Assembly: GCA_963675755.2 (NCBI GenBank)
Contig: CAXXMD010000003.1
Coordinates: 2,048,001 to 2,112,000, forward strand
Direction: 5' to 3'
DNA: 64,000 nucleotides
Source of the DNA: a bacterium
GTDB lineage: Bacteria; Zhuqueibacterota; Zhuqueibacteria; Residuimicrobiales; Krinioviventaceae
Below, piece by piece: positions 41,950 through 52,038 of the stretch; position 1 is the first letter of the stretch, and each line of letters begins with the position of its first letter. A program made the position numbers and the translations under genes. The notes below the pieces were generated by a model, which saw nothing but the letters and a program-made list of their open reading frames with translations, did no database searches and had not been told where the DNA came from.

Positions 41950-42543
41950 TCATCTGTTGCTTTTATCCATAAACGTACGATACAATTCAGTGAGCTTGTG
42001 GAGTCCTTCGCTGCCGCCGGCAAGCAGCATACCCGTTGCCAGAATGTCTATGGTGGCAAACAAGTCATGTTGTATAGTTGTAACTGAATCCGCATGGAGA
42101 TCAAAGATCTGATCTAATGCGCGAACGCCCAAAGCGCTGATAATAATGCCAAACGCCAATCCGGAATAGAGAGCGATTTTTCGGGTTTTACTGCGAGAAG
42201 CAATTCGGGTCTTTATTGCCTTGTTCAGTTCCAGCATGATCTGCTGGTATTCCGGTTGAGCACTATCGGTTAATTTTTCTGATTTTGATTTGAGACGGCG
42301 GATCTCCTGTTTTTCCAGATCCGCATTTTCGGCAAGAAAAATGGTTAAAAAAACATCCAGAGATTTTTCAAGTACCAGAGATACAAAAATCAAAAATCCC
42401 AGGTAATTAAAGAGGTCTGACACATTGAAATCCGGTTTAACCGTTAATGGAACAAGTGCCAGTTTTTGATTAATAAAATAGATCAATGCGGATATACAGA
42501 GAATTGTGATTATTTTTGCTGTATTTTTTAATCCGTTGTTCAT
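41950..42543 (-). CDS. Hypothetical membrane protein
   Basis: Several TM segments; TG.LLAGGSEGLH motif; GAGG RBS. Confidence 0.65.
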   Translation of the reverse strand: MNNGLKNTAKIITILCISALIYFINQKLALVPLTVKPDFNVSDLFNYLGFLIFVSLVLEKSLDVFLTIFLAENADLEKQEIRRLKSKSEKLTDSAQPEYQQIMLELNKAIKTRIASRSKTRKIALYSGLAFGIIISALGVRALDQIFDLHADSVTTIQHDLFATIDILATGMLLAGGSEGLHKLTELYRTFMDKSNR

Positions 42544-42567
42544 GTTTATACCTCAATCCTGAATGAA

Positions 42568-42590
42568 AACCCCCGGAAAAACCGGGGGTT
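42568..42590 (-). terminator. Intrinsic terminator
   Basis: AACCCCCGG-AAAAA-CCGGGGGTT followed by T-tract on minus strand. Confidence 0.65.
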
Positions 42591-42597
42591 GAATGTT

Positions 42598-43335
42598 TTA
42601 TTGAAAGGGATTGGTCTTTTTATAGCCGGTTGGCAGTGTAAACGCGTCTGATGGAGGATTGCCTTCTTTGTATTCCAACAATTCTGATGTGGTTTTGATG
42701 GTTTGCCCCATCATATCCATAGATTGACTGGTATATACCTGAATGCCCTTGATTTTTTCCAACTCTTTGGTAATTTTTTCAAGGTTTTGGCTAACACCCG
42801 GCAATTGCGCCATCATGCCCGCTGTATATTTGGTATACATGGTTTGATCAACATTAATGTCTGTGGTTGCCCAGATCTCAGAGGTTATGGTTCCCATGCC
42901 CATATTCATCGTCTGGATGTATTTTGTACAGTTCCATTTACCAATTTTTTTCGTTTCACTGGTTTTTTGGATAGTCATGTCAATATTCATCATTCCACCC
43001 ATAAACTGCTGGAATTGGGCCTTTTCATCATCAGACATGCCACCTTCTTCCGCCATTTTGGAAAAGTCCATGGGTATGGTTGCAAGAGTTCTTTTTTGGT
43101 GGTCTGCCATGGTCATGGTTTGTTGTGCCGCATCGATTAAAATTTTTTGATCTGGTGTTGAAACTGCTACCTTGTTTTCGGTTATCCAGGTTTCGCTTAC
43201 CACATCCTGTGCGGGTTGGGTTTGCCCCATAATGGAGATGGGGTCTGTGTGTTGTTTTTGTTTCATGTAAATATCACCAAAAGCAGATGAAATCAGAAAG
43301 ATGACCAGTACAACAGTCCAGTGTTTATTAAACAT
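42598..43335 (-). CDS. DUF4412-like secreted protein
   Basis: Signal peptide; KTSETKKIGKWNCTKY, EIWAT, F.LP.GYKK end. Confidence 0.75.
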   Translation of the reverse strand: MFNKHWTVVLVIFLISSAFGDIYMKQKQHTDPISIMGQTQPAQDVVSETWITENKVAVSTPDQKILIDAAQQTMTMADHQKRTLATIPMDFSKMAEEGGMSDDEKAQFQQFMGGMMNIDMTIQKTSETKKIGKWNCTKYIQTMNMGMGTITSEIWATTDINVDQTMYTKYTAGMMAQLPGVSQNLEKITKELEKIKGIQVYTSQSMDMMGQTIKTTSELLEYKEGNPPSDAFTLPTGYKKTNPFQ

Positions 43336-43555
43336 GAAAACCCTCCAATGTTTGTTAATGAAATATGTATGGACCCCGGTTCCCCAAATGTTTGGATTAT
43401 GACAGGTATTGAGTAACCATGATATCCATTGTGGATTTTGGAAAAAATCCTTATAACTGCTTATTAATTATACTTTTCAATTGAGAGAATGAGCCAATAT
43501 CCGTAAATTATGCTAAAGAATCAAGAAAATAATAGAAAAATAATCAAAAAAACAC

Positions 43556-43586
43556 TTGACTCTCCCCCAGGGGCAGTGCTTATATT
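43556..43586 (+). promoter_or_regulatory. MerR-type promoter with 19-bp spacer and dyad operator
   Basis: TTGACT-ctcccccaggggcagtgct(19 bp)-TATATT; dyad CCCC-A-GGGG in spacer. Confidence 0.8.
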
Positions 43587-43639
43587 GTATGTAGAAATCC
43601 GGCCGGTTTCAACCAGAAGATAAACAGGAAAGGGAAGCT

Positions 43640-44446
43640 ATGCTTTATACCATTGGTGAGTTTTCAAAGATTACCGCATTGTCTATAAAATCTTTGCGTT
43701 TGTATCATGACAAAGAATTGCTGGTTCCTGCTTCGATAGACGAGTTTACAGGTTACCGCTATTATGATGAACGTAATTTTGAGACTGCCCGCACAATCAA
43801 AATACTCAAAGATTTTGATTTTTCTCTTGCCGAGATAAAAGAAATATTGCAGGACTGCTCGGACGAAGCGGACATGATGACGTATCTTGAAGCGAAACTG
43901 CAAGAAATTCAAGATCGCATAAAGCATTATGAAACAGTTTCCCGATCGATACACATGATTGTTGAAATTGAAAAGGAGAGTACCATGAGTGATAATAATG
44001 AATTTGTAGTCGAAGAAAAAAATGTGGAAACCCTGCTCATTGCCGGGTATCGCATGAAAGGCAGATATGACGAGGTAGGCAAAGGCTTTGCCCTGCTGGG
44101 GAAAAGAATGGGTCGGCAAATTTGCGGCAAGCCCATGAACCTCTATTATGACGGCGAGTACAAGGAAGGTGATGCAGAGTTTGAACCTTGTTTTCCGGTG
44201 CGCAAAGGAACGGGAGATAATGAGATTTCAGTTCGAGAACTGCAAGGCGGCAAGTGTGTTTCTTTGATCCATAAAGGACCGTATGATACCCTGGGCCAGT
44301 CATATAAAAAGCTGTTTGATTATATCAAAGAAAAGGAATATCAGATTGCTTTGCCGCACCGTGAGATTTATATAAAGGGGCCGGGAATGATATTTAAGGG
44401 AAATCCCAGAAATTATTTGACTGAATTAATCGTAATGATTGACTAG
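43640..44446 (+). CDS. MerR-family regulator with C-terminal GyrI-like domain (BmrR-like)
   Basis: YTIGEFSK..LRLYH...TGYRYY, FSLAEIK; HKGPY, REIY. Confidence 0.92.
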   Translation: MLYTIGEFSKITALSIKSLRLYHDKELLVPASIDEFTGYRYYDERNFETARTIKILKDFDFSLAEIKEILQDCSDEADMMTYLEAKLQEIQDRIKHYETVSRSIHMIVEIEKESTMSDNNEFVVEEKNVETLLIAGYRMKGRYDEVGKGFALLGKRMGRQICGKPMNLYYDGEYKEGDAEFEPCFPVRKGTGDNEISVRELQGGKCVSLIHKGPYDTLGQSYKKLFDYIKEKEYQIALPHREIYIKGPGMIFKGNPRNYLTELIVMID

Positions 44447-44459
44447 ACTGTTGAAGCAA

Positions 44460-44492
44460 GGGAGAGTGGTATTTGAATTATATCACTCTCCC
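44460..44492. terminator. Stem-loop between convergent genes
   Basis: GGGAGAGTGGTAT...ATATCACTCTCCC. Confidence 0.6.
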
Positions 44493-44497
44493 CAAAT

Positions 44498-45697
44498 TCA
44501 GGCTGTTTTTTCAGCCAGTTTAGACATTTTGTACAAGCTAAAAGAAATAAATATACCAATAATGCCTACCGTGTACCATAAAACATTGGGGCCCCATCGG
44601 TCATAAATCCGGGTCCCAAAGATGGGACTCAATACAAATCCTATTGAGAATACCAAAGTATAGATACCCATATATTGACCCCGATTGGAATCGGTTGTTC
44701 TGTTTGCTACAAAAGCGCCCAAAAGCGGCAATACCAGAATTTCACCTAGTGTCCAAATGAGTATGGTAAAAACAATAAAATTGAACTGTCTGCTCAGGGT
44801 CAACATGGTAAATCCTGAAAACATGAAAAGCGTACCAATCCAGGTGACAGACAATGGCGGCCTTTTTTCAAGCTTGTGTATCAATGGCATTTCAACCAAA
44901 GTGATCATGATACCGTTAATAGAGAGCAGCATACCAATCTTGTTTTCAGATAGCATGGCGTATTCCCGCATATATAAAGGCCAGGTGCTCATGATTTGAA
45001 AAAACATGGTACCCAGAACCAAAAGTATTCCCATCAGCGCCATAAAGGTGCCGTCTTTCCAGGGAGATATTGCAGGATTTTCATGGGTTTCAACGGGCTT
45101 TTTGTAATTGGCATGATATTTCTTGAATAAAATATAAAACAATGTACCCGCAATAATGCATGTAGCGCCATCTGCCCAGAATATAAAATTATAATTGACG
45201 GCAGCCAGAAAGCCGCCAATGGCCGGGCCCACGGCAAGACCCAGATTCACAGCCAGACGATTGAATGCAAATGCACGTGCTCTCATTTCCGGGGGACAAA
45301 TTTCAGTAAAGGCAGAGATGCTTGCCGGACGAAACGCATCGTTAATTGCTGATACAATTGCAAGCGATACAGCTAGTCCCCAGTAGGAATGAATAAAACT
45401 GATGCTAAGGAATCCCACTCCGGTAAGAACCAGGCTGTAAAACTGCACTTTGAATGTACCGATTTTATCAGTTAACAGACCACCATAATATGAACCTGCC
45501 AATGAGCCAATCCCAAAGAAACTGACCAGTTGTCCCGCTTGCAGTGTATTAAATCCTCTTTCCTTTGTCAGGAACAGGGTCAGAAAAAACATAACCATCA
45601 TGCCGCTGCGATTTATTAGAATGACCCAGAACAGCAGCCAGGCTTGTTTGGGCAGGCCCTTGTATGCGGCGAAATATTGTGAAAGCAATTGTTTCAT
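44498..45697 (-). CDS. MFS transporter (MdtH/YitZ-like)
   Basis: About 12 TMs; GGLLTDKIG motif A, NLGLAVGPAIGG, RGQYMG. Confidence 0.9.
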   Translation of the reverse strand: MKQLLSQYFAAYKGLPKQAWLLFWVILINRSGMMVMFFLTLFLTKERGFNTLQAGQLVSFFGIGSLAGSYYGGLLTDKIGTFKVQFYSLVLTGVGFLSISFIHSYWGLAVSLAIVSAINDAFRPASISAFTEICPPEMRARAFAFNRLAVNLGLAVGPAIGGFLAAVNYNFIFWADGATCIIAGTLFYILFKKYHANYKKPVETHENPAISPWKDGTFMALMGILLVLGTMFFQIMSTWPLYMREYAMLSENKIGMLLSINGIMITLVEMPLIHKLEKRPPLSVTWIGTLFMFSGFTMLTLSRQFNFIVFTILIWTLGEILVLPLLGAFVANRTTDSNRGQYMGIYTLVFSIGFVLSPIFGTRIYDRWGPNVLWYTVGIIGIFISFSLYKMSKLAEKTA

Positions 45698-46000
45698 GGC
45701 TTTACCTGTGATTTGTAAATATGAATATACTATATCTATAGTTAATAGAAAACCTAAAATAGATTAAAATGTACTGATATTGCTCTAGATTTATTCCTGG
45801 GAGAGATGAATTTCTGTATAGTACCAGATCAGGAATCCTTTCTTACGTAAAACAGCCTACAAGGTTTCGTTGTGAACTCTTCGTTTAAACCCTGATTTCC
45901 CCGGTTTATCATGTGAATTGTGACACTTGTCTGAATTCCATTGATGGATTTACATGTATTGTTATATTGTTACTGAATCATAAACATAAAGGAGAATGTT

Positions 46001-46426
46001 ATGAGAAATAAAACATTATTACTACTGGCTGTTTTTTATTTAATGTCCTGCTTTTTTATTCCTGCACTGTCAGCAGAAGAGAATTCCGAACCAAACAAGC
46101 TGTTAATTATCTACTCGTCAGCGGATAAGGAAGTGTTTACCAAATTTGCCTTTGTTTATGCGATCAACGCAAAAAAACAGGGGTGGTGGCAGGATGTAAC
46201 TTTTATCACCTGGGGCCCGTCTAATAAAACAATAGCCAACGATGAAGAGTTGAAAGAAAAAATCAAACAATTAAAAGATGCCGGTGTAAAATTGCAGGCC
46301 TGTAAATGGTGCGCAGAGCAGTACGAGGTTGACGGTATATTATCCGAGTTGGGTGTAGAAGTTAAGTATATGGGACAACCATTAACGGAAATGCTAAAAT
46401 CCGACTGGAAAGTTTTAACTTTTTAA
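46001..46426 (+). CDS. Exported DsrE-family protein
   Basis: Signal peptide; WW.DV..I.WGPS, ACKWCA, YMGQPLT..LK..WKVLTF. Confidence 0.82.
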   Translation: MRNKTLLLLAVFYLMSCFFIPALSAEENSEPNKLLIIYSSADKEVFTKFAFVYAINAKKQGWWQDVTFITWGPSNKTIANDEELKEKIKQLKDAGVKLQACKWCAEQYEVDGILSELGVEVKYMGQPLTEMLKSDWKVLTF

Positions 46427-46440
46427 AAAGGAGAGTTGAA

Positions 46441-47121
46441 ATGTCTGAAATAAAACGTCGAGCGTTTCTGGCAGCAGGTACCTTGGCTGCGACTGGAATA
46501 CTAACCCAACGCGCTACCGCAATGGGGAAGAGCGAATGCCTGCCCGCTTTGGAAGCCATAATGAACCGCCGTTCCGTGCGTCATTACAAATCCACACCCG
46601 TACCGGAAGCAGATTTGAAAATCATTCTGGATGCCGCCCGAATGGCCCCAACATCCGGAAACCAGCAGCCCTGGAAATTTGTTGTGGTCAAAGATCCTCA
46701 AGTCATTGACGAATTGAAACAAGCCTGTCTTGATAACAATCGTGAACGTATGAAAGAGCGAATGGGAACCGATCAGAAAAAGATGGACGAGCAAATGGCC
46801 AAAGCAGAGGAGTATTATAATAAATGTTTTTCAGCACCGGTTTATGTGGCCATCTTGACAGATAATGAATCCAGATATCCCACATATAATCACTGGGACG
46901 GTCCCCTTGCGGCGGCAACATTGATGATTGCAGCGCGGTCACTGGGTTATGGTACAGTCCATTATACCGATTCGGTACCGGCATCTGTTACGAAAAAGGT
47001 TTTACTTATTCCGGACCGGTATGAACGCGTCTGCTTTACACCTATTGGTATTCCGGAAGCGTGGCCGGAAACACCATCCAAAAAAGAATATGATTCTTTT
47101 ATTGTAGCTGATAAATTTTAA
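46441..47121 (+). CDS. Nitroreductase-family protein with Tat signal
   Basis: KRRAFL; RRSVRHY, APTSGNQQPWKF, ARSLGYG. Confidence 0.9.
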   Translation: MSEIKRRAFLAAGTLAATGILTQRATAMGKSECLPALEAIMNRRSVRHYKSTPVPEADLKIILDAARMAPTSGNQQPWKFVVVKDPQVIDELKQACLDNNRERMKERMGTDQKKMDEQMAKAEEYYNKCFSAPVYVAILTDNESRYPTYNHWDGPLAAATLMIAARSLGYGTVHYTDSVPASVTKKVLLIPDRYERVCFTPIGIPEAWPETPSKKEYDSFIVADKF

Positions 47122-47141
47122 CAGCAATATAGGAGATTAAA

Positions 47142-48029
47142 ATGAATTTAAATACAGGACGCAGGCAATTTTTTCAAAAAAGCCTTGCAATAGGAGGCAC
47201 TGCTGTACTTGCCCGCCCTTTTGCGGGGAGTGCATTAGCTGGTATGGGAAGTGGGGCCGCTGGTAGTAACGAAACGTTGAAAACGCTGCACAGCTTACGT
47301 ACCATCCATGGTAATTTTACCGATCAGGAAATCCCTTCAAATCAGATAGATGAAATTTTGTCCGCGGGCGTTCGGGCTGCAAACGCGTCGGCATTGCAGA
47401 GTTATTCCATTATTGTGGTGCGTGATCGCGAAAAAATGCAGCAGGTGTGTGGGTATCGCGGCAGCTGCATGTTTGTCTTTTGTGTGGATTACAACCGAAT
47501 TACCGATCTGGCTGAAAATTTGAAATATGAATATAATCCCGAAGGTACCACCTCTTTTGTTACCGGTTGTGTCACTACCACGCTGGCCGCTCAGACAGTA
47601 GTTGTTGCCGCAAAATCTATGGGAATCGATTCACTCATTACCAATGGGGTGCACCGTGGCGATATGGAGCGGCACTGGAAACTGCTGGACCTGCCGGAAA
47701 AGTATTGTTTTCCCTTAATTGCTGTGGTTATGGGATACCCAAAAGAGGAACCGGATTATCTTAAAGGACGTTTTCAGGCGGAAGGTGTTGTTCATAAAGA
47801 AAAATATAGCAGACTCACCGATGCTGAGAAAAACGCAATGGTGCTGGAGTATGATGATCCTGATCGCCACCTTGGATTAAATGACAACTGGAAAAAAGAT
47901 GGATTGAAACATTACCTGGACTGGTTATTTGGAGTGTGGCACAAACGGTTTTCACATCCTCTGGATAAAGAATCTCAACTGTCTAAAATACTCAAAAGAT
48001 CCGGGTTTGTCGATTTGCAGCGATCATGA
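47142..48029 (+). CDS. NfsA-like nitroreductase-family protein with Tat signal
   Basis: GRRQFF; LRTIH.NF, AANASALQSYSIIVV, AAKSMGI, LDLP...FPL...GYP. Confidence 0.85.
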   Translation: MNLNTGRRQFFQKSLAIGGTAVLARPFAGSALAGMGSGAAGSNETLKTLHSLRTIHGNFTDQEIPSNQIDEILSAGVRAANASALQSYSIIVVRDREKMQQVCGYRGSCMFVFCVDYNRITDLAENLKYEYNPEGTTSFVTGCVTTTLAAQTVVVAAKSMGIDSLITNGVHRGDMERHWKLLDLPEKYCFPLIAVVMGYPKEEPDYLKGRFQAEGVVHKEKYSRLTDAEKNAMVLEYDDPDRHLGLNDNWKKDGLKHYLDWLFGVWHKRFSHPLDKESQLSKILKRSGFVDLQRS

Positions 48030-48035
48030 ATGTTA

Positions 48036-48069
48036 CCGGGAAAAATGTGGTTTTTTCCCGGTTTTTTTT
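48036..48069 (+). terminator. Intrinsic terminator
   Basis: CCGGGAAAAA-TGTGGT-TTTTTCCCGG then T-tract. Confidence 0.75.
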
Positions 48070-48099
48070 GTATCATTTTAAAAAACGGCAGGATGAAAT

Positions 48100-49137
48100 A
48101 TGAAATTCAGATGGTTTACAATAATCGGTTTGTGGCAATTGATAGGGCTGGTGGTGACATTTTTTGTTTCCATACCCGCGGGTAATTTCCATCATTTTAT
48201 CCATCAATTGATCATATGCCTTACGTTTACCAATATGCTGGGAGCGTTTGGTATGGGATTATATGCCTTTTACCGGTTTTTCAGTCCACGTTTTGGTAAT
48301 CGCTTGTTCTGGTTCATTTTGCTTTTGATGGCCCTGTTATTATCTCTTGCTGTTACCACACGCGTTTCATTGTGGATAGGCCGTTATGTCTGCGGACTGG
48401 ATGATTTTCAAGTAAACCGCTGGCATCTGTTTACCATCATTGTAGATTTTATTGTTACTGCTGTTATTTTCCTGTTTGCTGTCTTGCTTGCATTATATGA
48501 AAAGCTTGCTTCTCGGTTGGAGAAAAAGATACGGGAGAATGAAAAATTGCAGAGACTGCAAATTGAATCCCGGTTGACTCTGCTCCAATCCCGTATCAAT
48601 CCGCATTTTTTGTTCAATACTCTCAACACCATGCTGGATATTGTCAAACGCGATCCCGATACAGTTGAAAAAATTATTCTGAATTTGTCAGACATCTATC
48701 GTAAAACCCTAAGCCTGCCCGACCACCATTATGTAACATTGGATGAAGAAATGGTGCTGGTGCGTGAATATTTAGAGATTGAAAAAGTACGTATGGGTGA
48801 GCGGCTGGATTATACTTTTCAGGTTGACTCGGATGTGGAAAAGATCCGGATACCTCCCATGGTTATTCAGATGCTGGTGGAAAATGCTGTCAAACATGGC
48901 TTGTCACCCAAGCGGGAAGGCGGGAAGGTTTCTGTAAATATAAGTAAACTTGATAATGCTGTAAAGCTTGAAGTAGAGGATACCGGAGTCGGTTTTGAAC
49001 CTGGACAGCCACAAAACGGATTTGGATTAAAGAGCATTCAACAACGCCTGCAGCTTTTATACAATAATGCAAAATTTGATATAGTAAAGCCAGCAAGCGG
49101 AACATTGGTGAGGATTGTATTGCCTTATGCAGTATAA
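48100..49137 (+). CDS. LytS/YehU-type sensor histidine kinase
   Basis: Four TMs; INPHFLFNTLN, YLEIEKVR, LVENAVKHG, GFGL. Confidence 0.92.
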   Translation: MKFRWFTIIGLWQLIGLVVTFFVSIPAGNFHHFIHQLIICLTFTNMLGAFGMGLYAFYRFFSPRFGNRLFWFILLLMALLLSLAVTTRVSLWIGRYVCGLDDFQVNRWHLFTIIVDFIVTAVIFLFAVLLALYEKLASRLEKKIRENEKLQRLQIESRLTLLQSRINPHFLFNTLNTMLDIVKRDPDTVEKIILNLSDIYRKTLSLPDHHYVTLDEEMVLVREYLEIEKVRMGERLDYTFQVDSDVEKIRIPPMVIQMLVENAVKHGLSPKREGGKVSVNISKLDNAVKLEVEDTGVGFEPGQPQNGFGLKSIQQRLQLLYNNAKFDIVKPASGTLVRIVLPYAV

Positions 49138-49876
49138 AACACTGATTGTAGAAGACGAACCGCATTCCCGGGCCAGGTTAATGACATTGCTGGAGGCGCA
49201 CACTGAAATCGATGTGGTTGATGTTGCGCAGGATGGGCCCGATGCAGTGCAGAAAATAGACAGTCTGAAACCTGATCTTGTATTTCTGGATGTACAGTTG
49301 CCGGGCTTTTCAGGAATTGAAGTGCTTGAAAAGATCAATCACCGTCCTATGGTCATATTTGTGACCGCTTTTGATGAATATGCCATTAAAGCTTTTGATG
49401 AAAACGCAATTGATTACCTGCTAAAGCCAACTACGCCTGAGCGTTTGTCTGCCGCAATTGCCAAAGTTGTGAACCAGAGTAGTCCTGCAATTGATGTTGA
49501 TTTTATTCGCTTGTTCAAGAATTCAATCGAGGCGAAAAATTATTTATCCCGCTTTACTATCAAGATTGGGGATGAAATTTTGTTGGTGCCTGTAAACGAT
49601 GTGTGGTGGATACATGCCGAAGACAAGTATGTGTTTGTGAACACATTCAACAAATCCTATATTGTGAATGAGACATTGAAAAATCTGGAAACTCTGCTAG
49701 ACCCTGCCAGCTTTATTCGTATACACAAAAGTGTGATCATTCATGTGAAAAAGATCAGGCGTATTAAACGCGAGTTTATTGGGGGTTATAAAATTTATCT
49801 GGATGATGAAAAAAAGAGTGGATTTGAGGTAGGGCGGACCTATCTTGCACTGGTCCGCACCACACTCAATTTCTAA
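49127..49876 (+). CDS. LytTR-family response regulator
   Basis: IVEDE, FLDVQLP, DYLLKP, FIRIHKS. Confidence 0.93.
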   Translation: MQYKTLIVEDEPHSRARLMTLLEAHTEIDVVDVAQDGPDAVQKIDSLKPDLVFLDVQLPGFSGIEVLEKINHRPMVIFVTAFDEYAIKAFDENAIDYLLKPTTPERLSAAIAKVVNQSSPAIDVDFIRLFKNSIEAKNYLSRFTIKIGDEILLVPVNDVWWIHAEDKYVFVNTFNKSYIVNETLKNLETLLDPASFIRIHKSVIIHVKKIRRIKREFIGGYKIYLDDEKKSGFEVGRTYLALVRTTLNF

Positions 49877-51999
49877 TAAACAATAGTTAGATTGTTTTCT
49901 GCATTTGAATCTTTGTAAAGCTTTTCAACGTTTTTCAACACATCTTGAACAGCAGATTTATCCATTGCTTTGCTGTTGTGGTCAACAGGATTCATGATTT
50001 TTAATGGAGTAGGAGCAATTGCCGCCATGAGATCTGGCAGATCATAACTGGTCAATGCACCTGCAACCGTACCATGAATGAGAGCAGGATCGTAATATTC
50101 ATTCATCACAATACTCTCGTAGGATGTGAGGGGGCTATCCAACTCGATATTTGAAAATACAGGGTTAAAGACAGCCGCATGCACCAATGAGGGACAGAGT
50201 TTGTCTTTTGCTACCGCTTTGATTTGTGCCGGATCAACATTTTCGTGCTGTTTTAAAACCGCTGATAATAATTGAATGTCCTGCGCGAACATGCCCACCA
50301 GGCTTTTATTGGTTAGTATTCCGAAAAACCAGATATTGTACGCTCCATTGCCCACTTTGAAATCATAGGCGTCTCCGTGAAATTTAATGGGACCCATTTC
50401 ACCTATACCCAGCAGATCGGGCACCATAACTATATTTCCCTGCTTTACGAGTGTTTCAGGTGTACCACTTTCAGCAACATAGGACTTGCCTTCCGGGGAG
50501 AGGTAAAGTATAGACGGACATGGTTGGTCGGTTACCGGTTTGTACAACAGATAAGGTATAACATAGTCACCGTTACCCTGAATGAAATAACGCTCAATCA
50601 CGTATCCATCTTTTTCGAAACGACCTGTAAATGCGGGGAACGAAGGCGATTCAGGGCAGGTATATCCGCTAAGGGATTTGGCTGCTCTGACCATGTTCTC
50701 CGGATATTCCGGGGCTTTACGCTTTTCATCAAGGGCGGAAATGAGTTGTTTACTCTCTTTAGCGTTAACAGAGAAAACGGTTTCACCTCCCAGTGATGTA
50801 ATCAATTGCCCGGTTTTTGTTACTCTCCATTCTTCTTCAACATAAGGATCCGGTTCTTCATCTTTACAATTGCCCGGCAGTTCAAGGTGTTTGCGGAAAA
50901 ACGCGTACATGGCCTCGCGGTTTTTTTTAGTTGATGCGTGCACGTCATTGTCTTCGCATTTTTCAAAATTGTCAGTTGCGCCCAGCATAGCATAGCAAGA
51001 TTTGATTTCTGCGCTTATCTCCCTGACGCCCTGGATGCTAAACATGTCACGTGTAGTAGAAATGAGCAGTTCAGGTTTAGGCGCACGCACCTCAAGCAGA
51101 TCTGCATGGTCGATCCCATTTGCCAGTCCATGGAAAAAATTTTGTTCGGCATCCTGGGGACCGCGTGATTCAATCAGACGTTTGAATCCGGTGAGATAGC
51201 ATTCAGGTGCCGCAGCGTAAATACGTTCATCAAAAGCGGCAATGTATGAAGATTGTGTGCCGCCGCCGGAACGACCGGTAATGCCAATGCGTTTGGGGTC
51301 CACTTCTTTACGGGTAAGCAAATAGTCTACGGCACGGATGCCGTCCCAGATCATGTATTTGGCCGCGGATGATCCAGAAATGAAGCATTGCGCACCGCTA
51401 TAGGAATGTTCCCGGGTAGGACCGCCAATTTTTGACTCACCGGTTTCGGGATCAAAATATTGCCAGCGTTCACCCTGTCCAAATGGATCAACCGCAAGCA
51501 CAATGAATCCTTTTTTTGCCAGGTTCTGGATTGAACGCTGATATGCTTCGCTGCGAAATCCTACAGCAGAGTGACCGCAAACAAATATTACAGCAGGATT
51601 TTTCTTTTGTAATTTATCAGGAAGTAAAAGCGCGCAGGTTACGTAAAATTCCGGACGACTCTCGAATATGACTTTTTCAATTGTGAATCCATTTTTCTTT
51701 ACTTTACCTGTTACTTGAGCATTCAGGGGCGTTTTTTCAGGAAAAGGACCTACAATATCCATCAATGTTTGGCGAACTTGCTGCTGTCGCTGAAGCCACT
51801 GCTCCGGGGTCGTAATGCTGTTGATTATGTCTTTACGCTGCTGTAACTGTTCCATTGCTATAGCACTATAGTGGTGATATTGTGAATTTTGATTGTCTGA
51901 AAAAATTGGCCAATCTGTCAGAAAATCAAAATCTTTATTCTGAGCAAATACAGATACGCTCAGTAATAACAGTAAACTGGTGATTAATTTTTTTGTCAT
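49873..51999 (-). CDS. Secreted alpha/beta hydrolase (acetylxylan esterase/dienelactone-hydrolase-like, two domains)
   Basis: Signal peptide; CGHS, GQGER, GRSGGG nucleophile, RAPKP. Confidence 0.82.
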   Translation of the reverse strand: MTKKLITSLLLLLSVSVFAQNKDFDFLTDWPIFSDNQNSQYHHYSAIAMEQLQQRKDIINSITTPEQWLQRQQQVRQTLMDIVGPFPEKTPLNAQVTGKVKKNGFTIEKVIFESRPEFYVTCALLLPDKLQKKNPAVIFVCGHSAVGFRSEAYQRSIQNLAKKGFIVLAVDPFGQGERWQYFDPETGESKIGGPTREHSYSGAQCFISGSSAAKYMIWDGIRAVDYLLTRKEVDPKRIGITGRSGGGTQSSYIAAFDERIYAAAPECYLTGFKRLIESRGPQDAEQNFFHGLANGIDHADLLEVRAPKPELLISTTRDMFSIQGVREISAEIKSCYAMLGATDNFEKCEDNDVHASTKKNREAMYAFFRKHLELPGNCKDEEPDPYVEEEWRVTKTGQLITSLGGETVFSVNAKESKQLISALDEKRKAPEYPENMVRAAKSLSGYTCPESPSFPAFTGRFEKDGYVIERYFIQGNGDYVIPYLLYKPVTDQPCPSILYLSPEGKSYVAESGTPETLVKQGNIVMVPDLLGIGEMGPIKFHGDAYDFKVGNGAYNIWFFGILTNKSLVGMFAQDIQLLSAVLKQHENVDPAQIKAVAKDKLCPSLVHAAVFNPVFSNIELDSPLTSYESIVMNEYYDPALIHGTVAGALTSYDLPDLMAAIAPTPLKIMNPVDHNSKAMDKSAVQDVLKNVEKLYKDSNAENNLTIVY

Positions 52000-52038
52000 T
52001 TTGATGTTCCCATCTGTTTATGATAAATCTGATTGATT

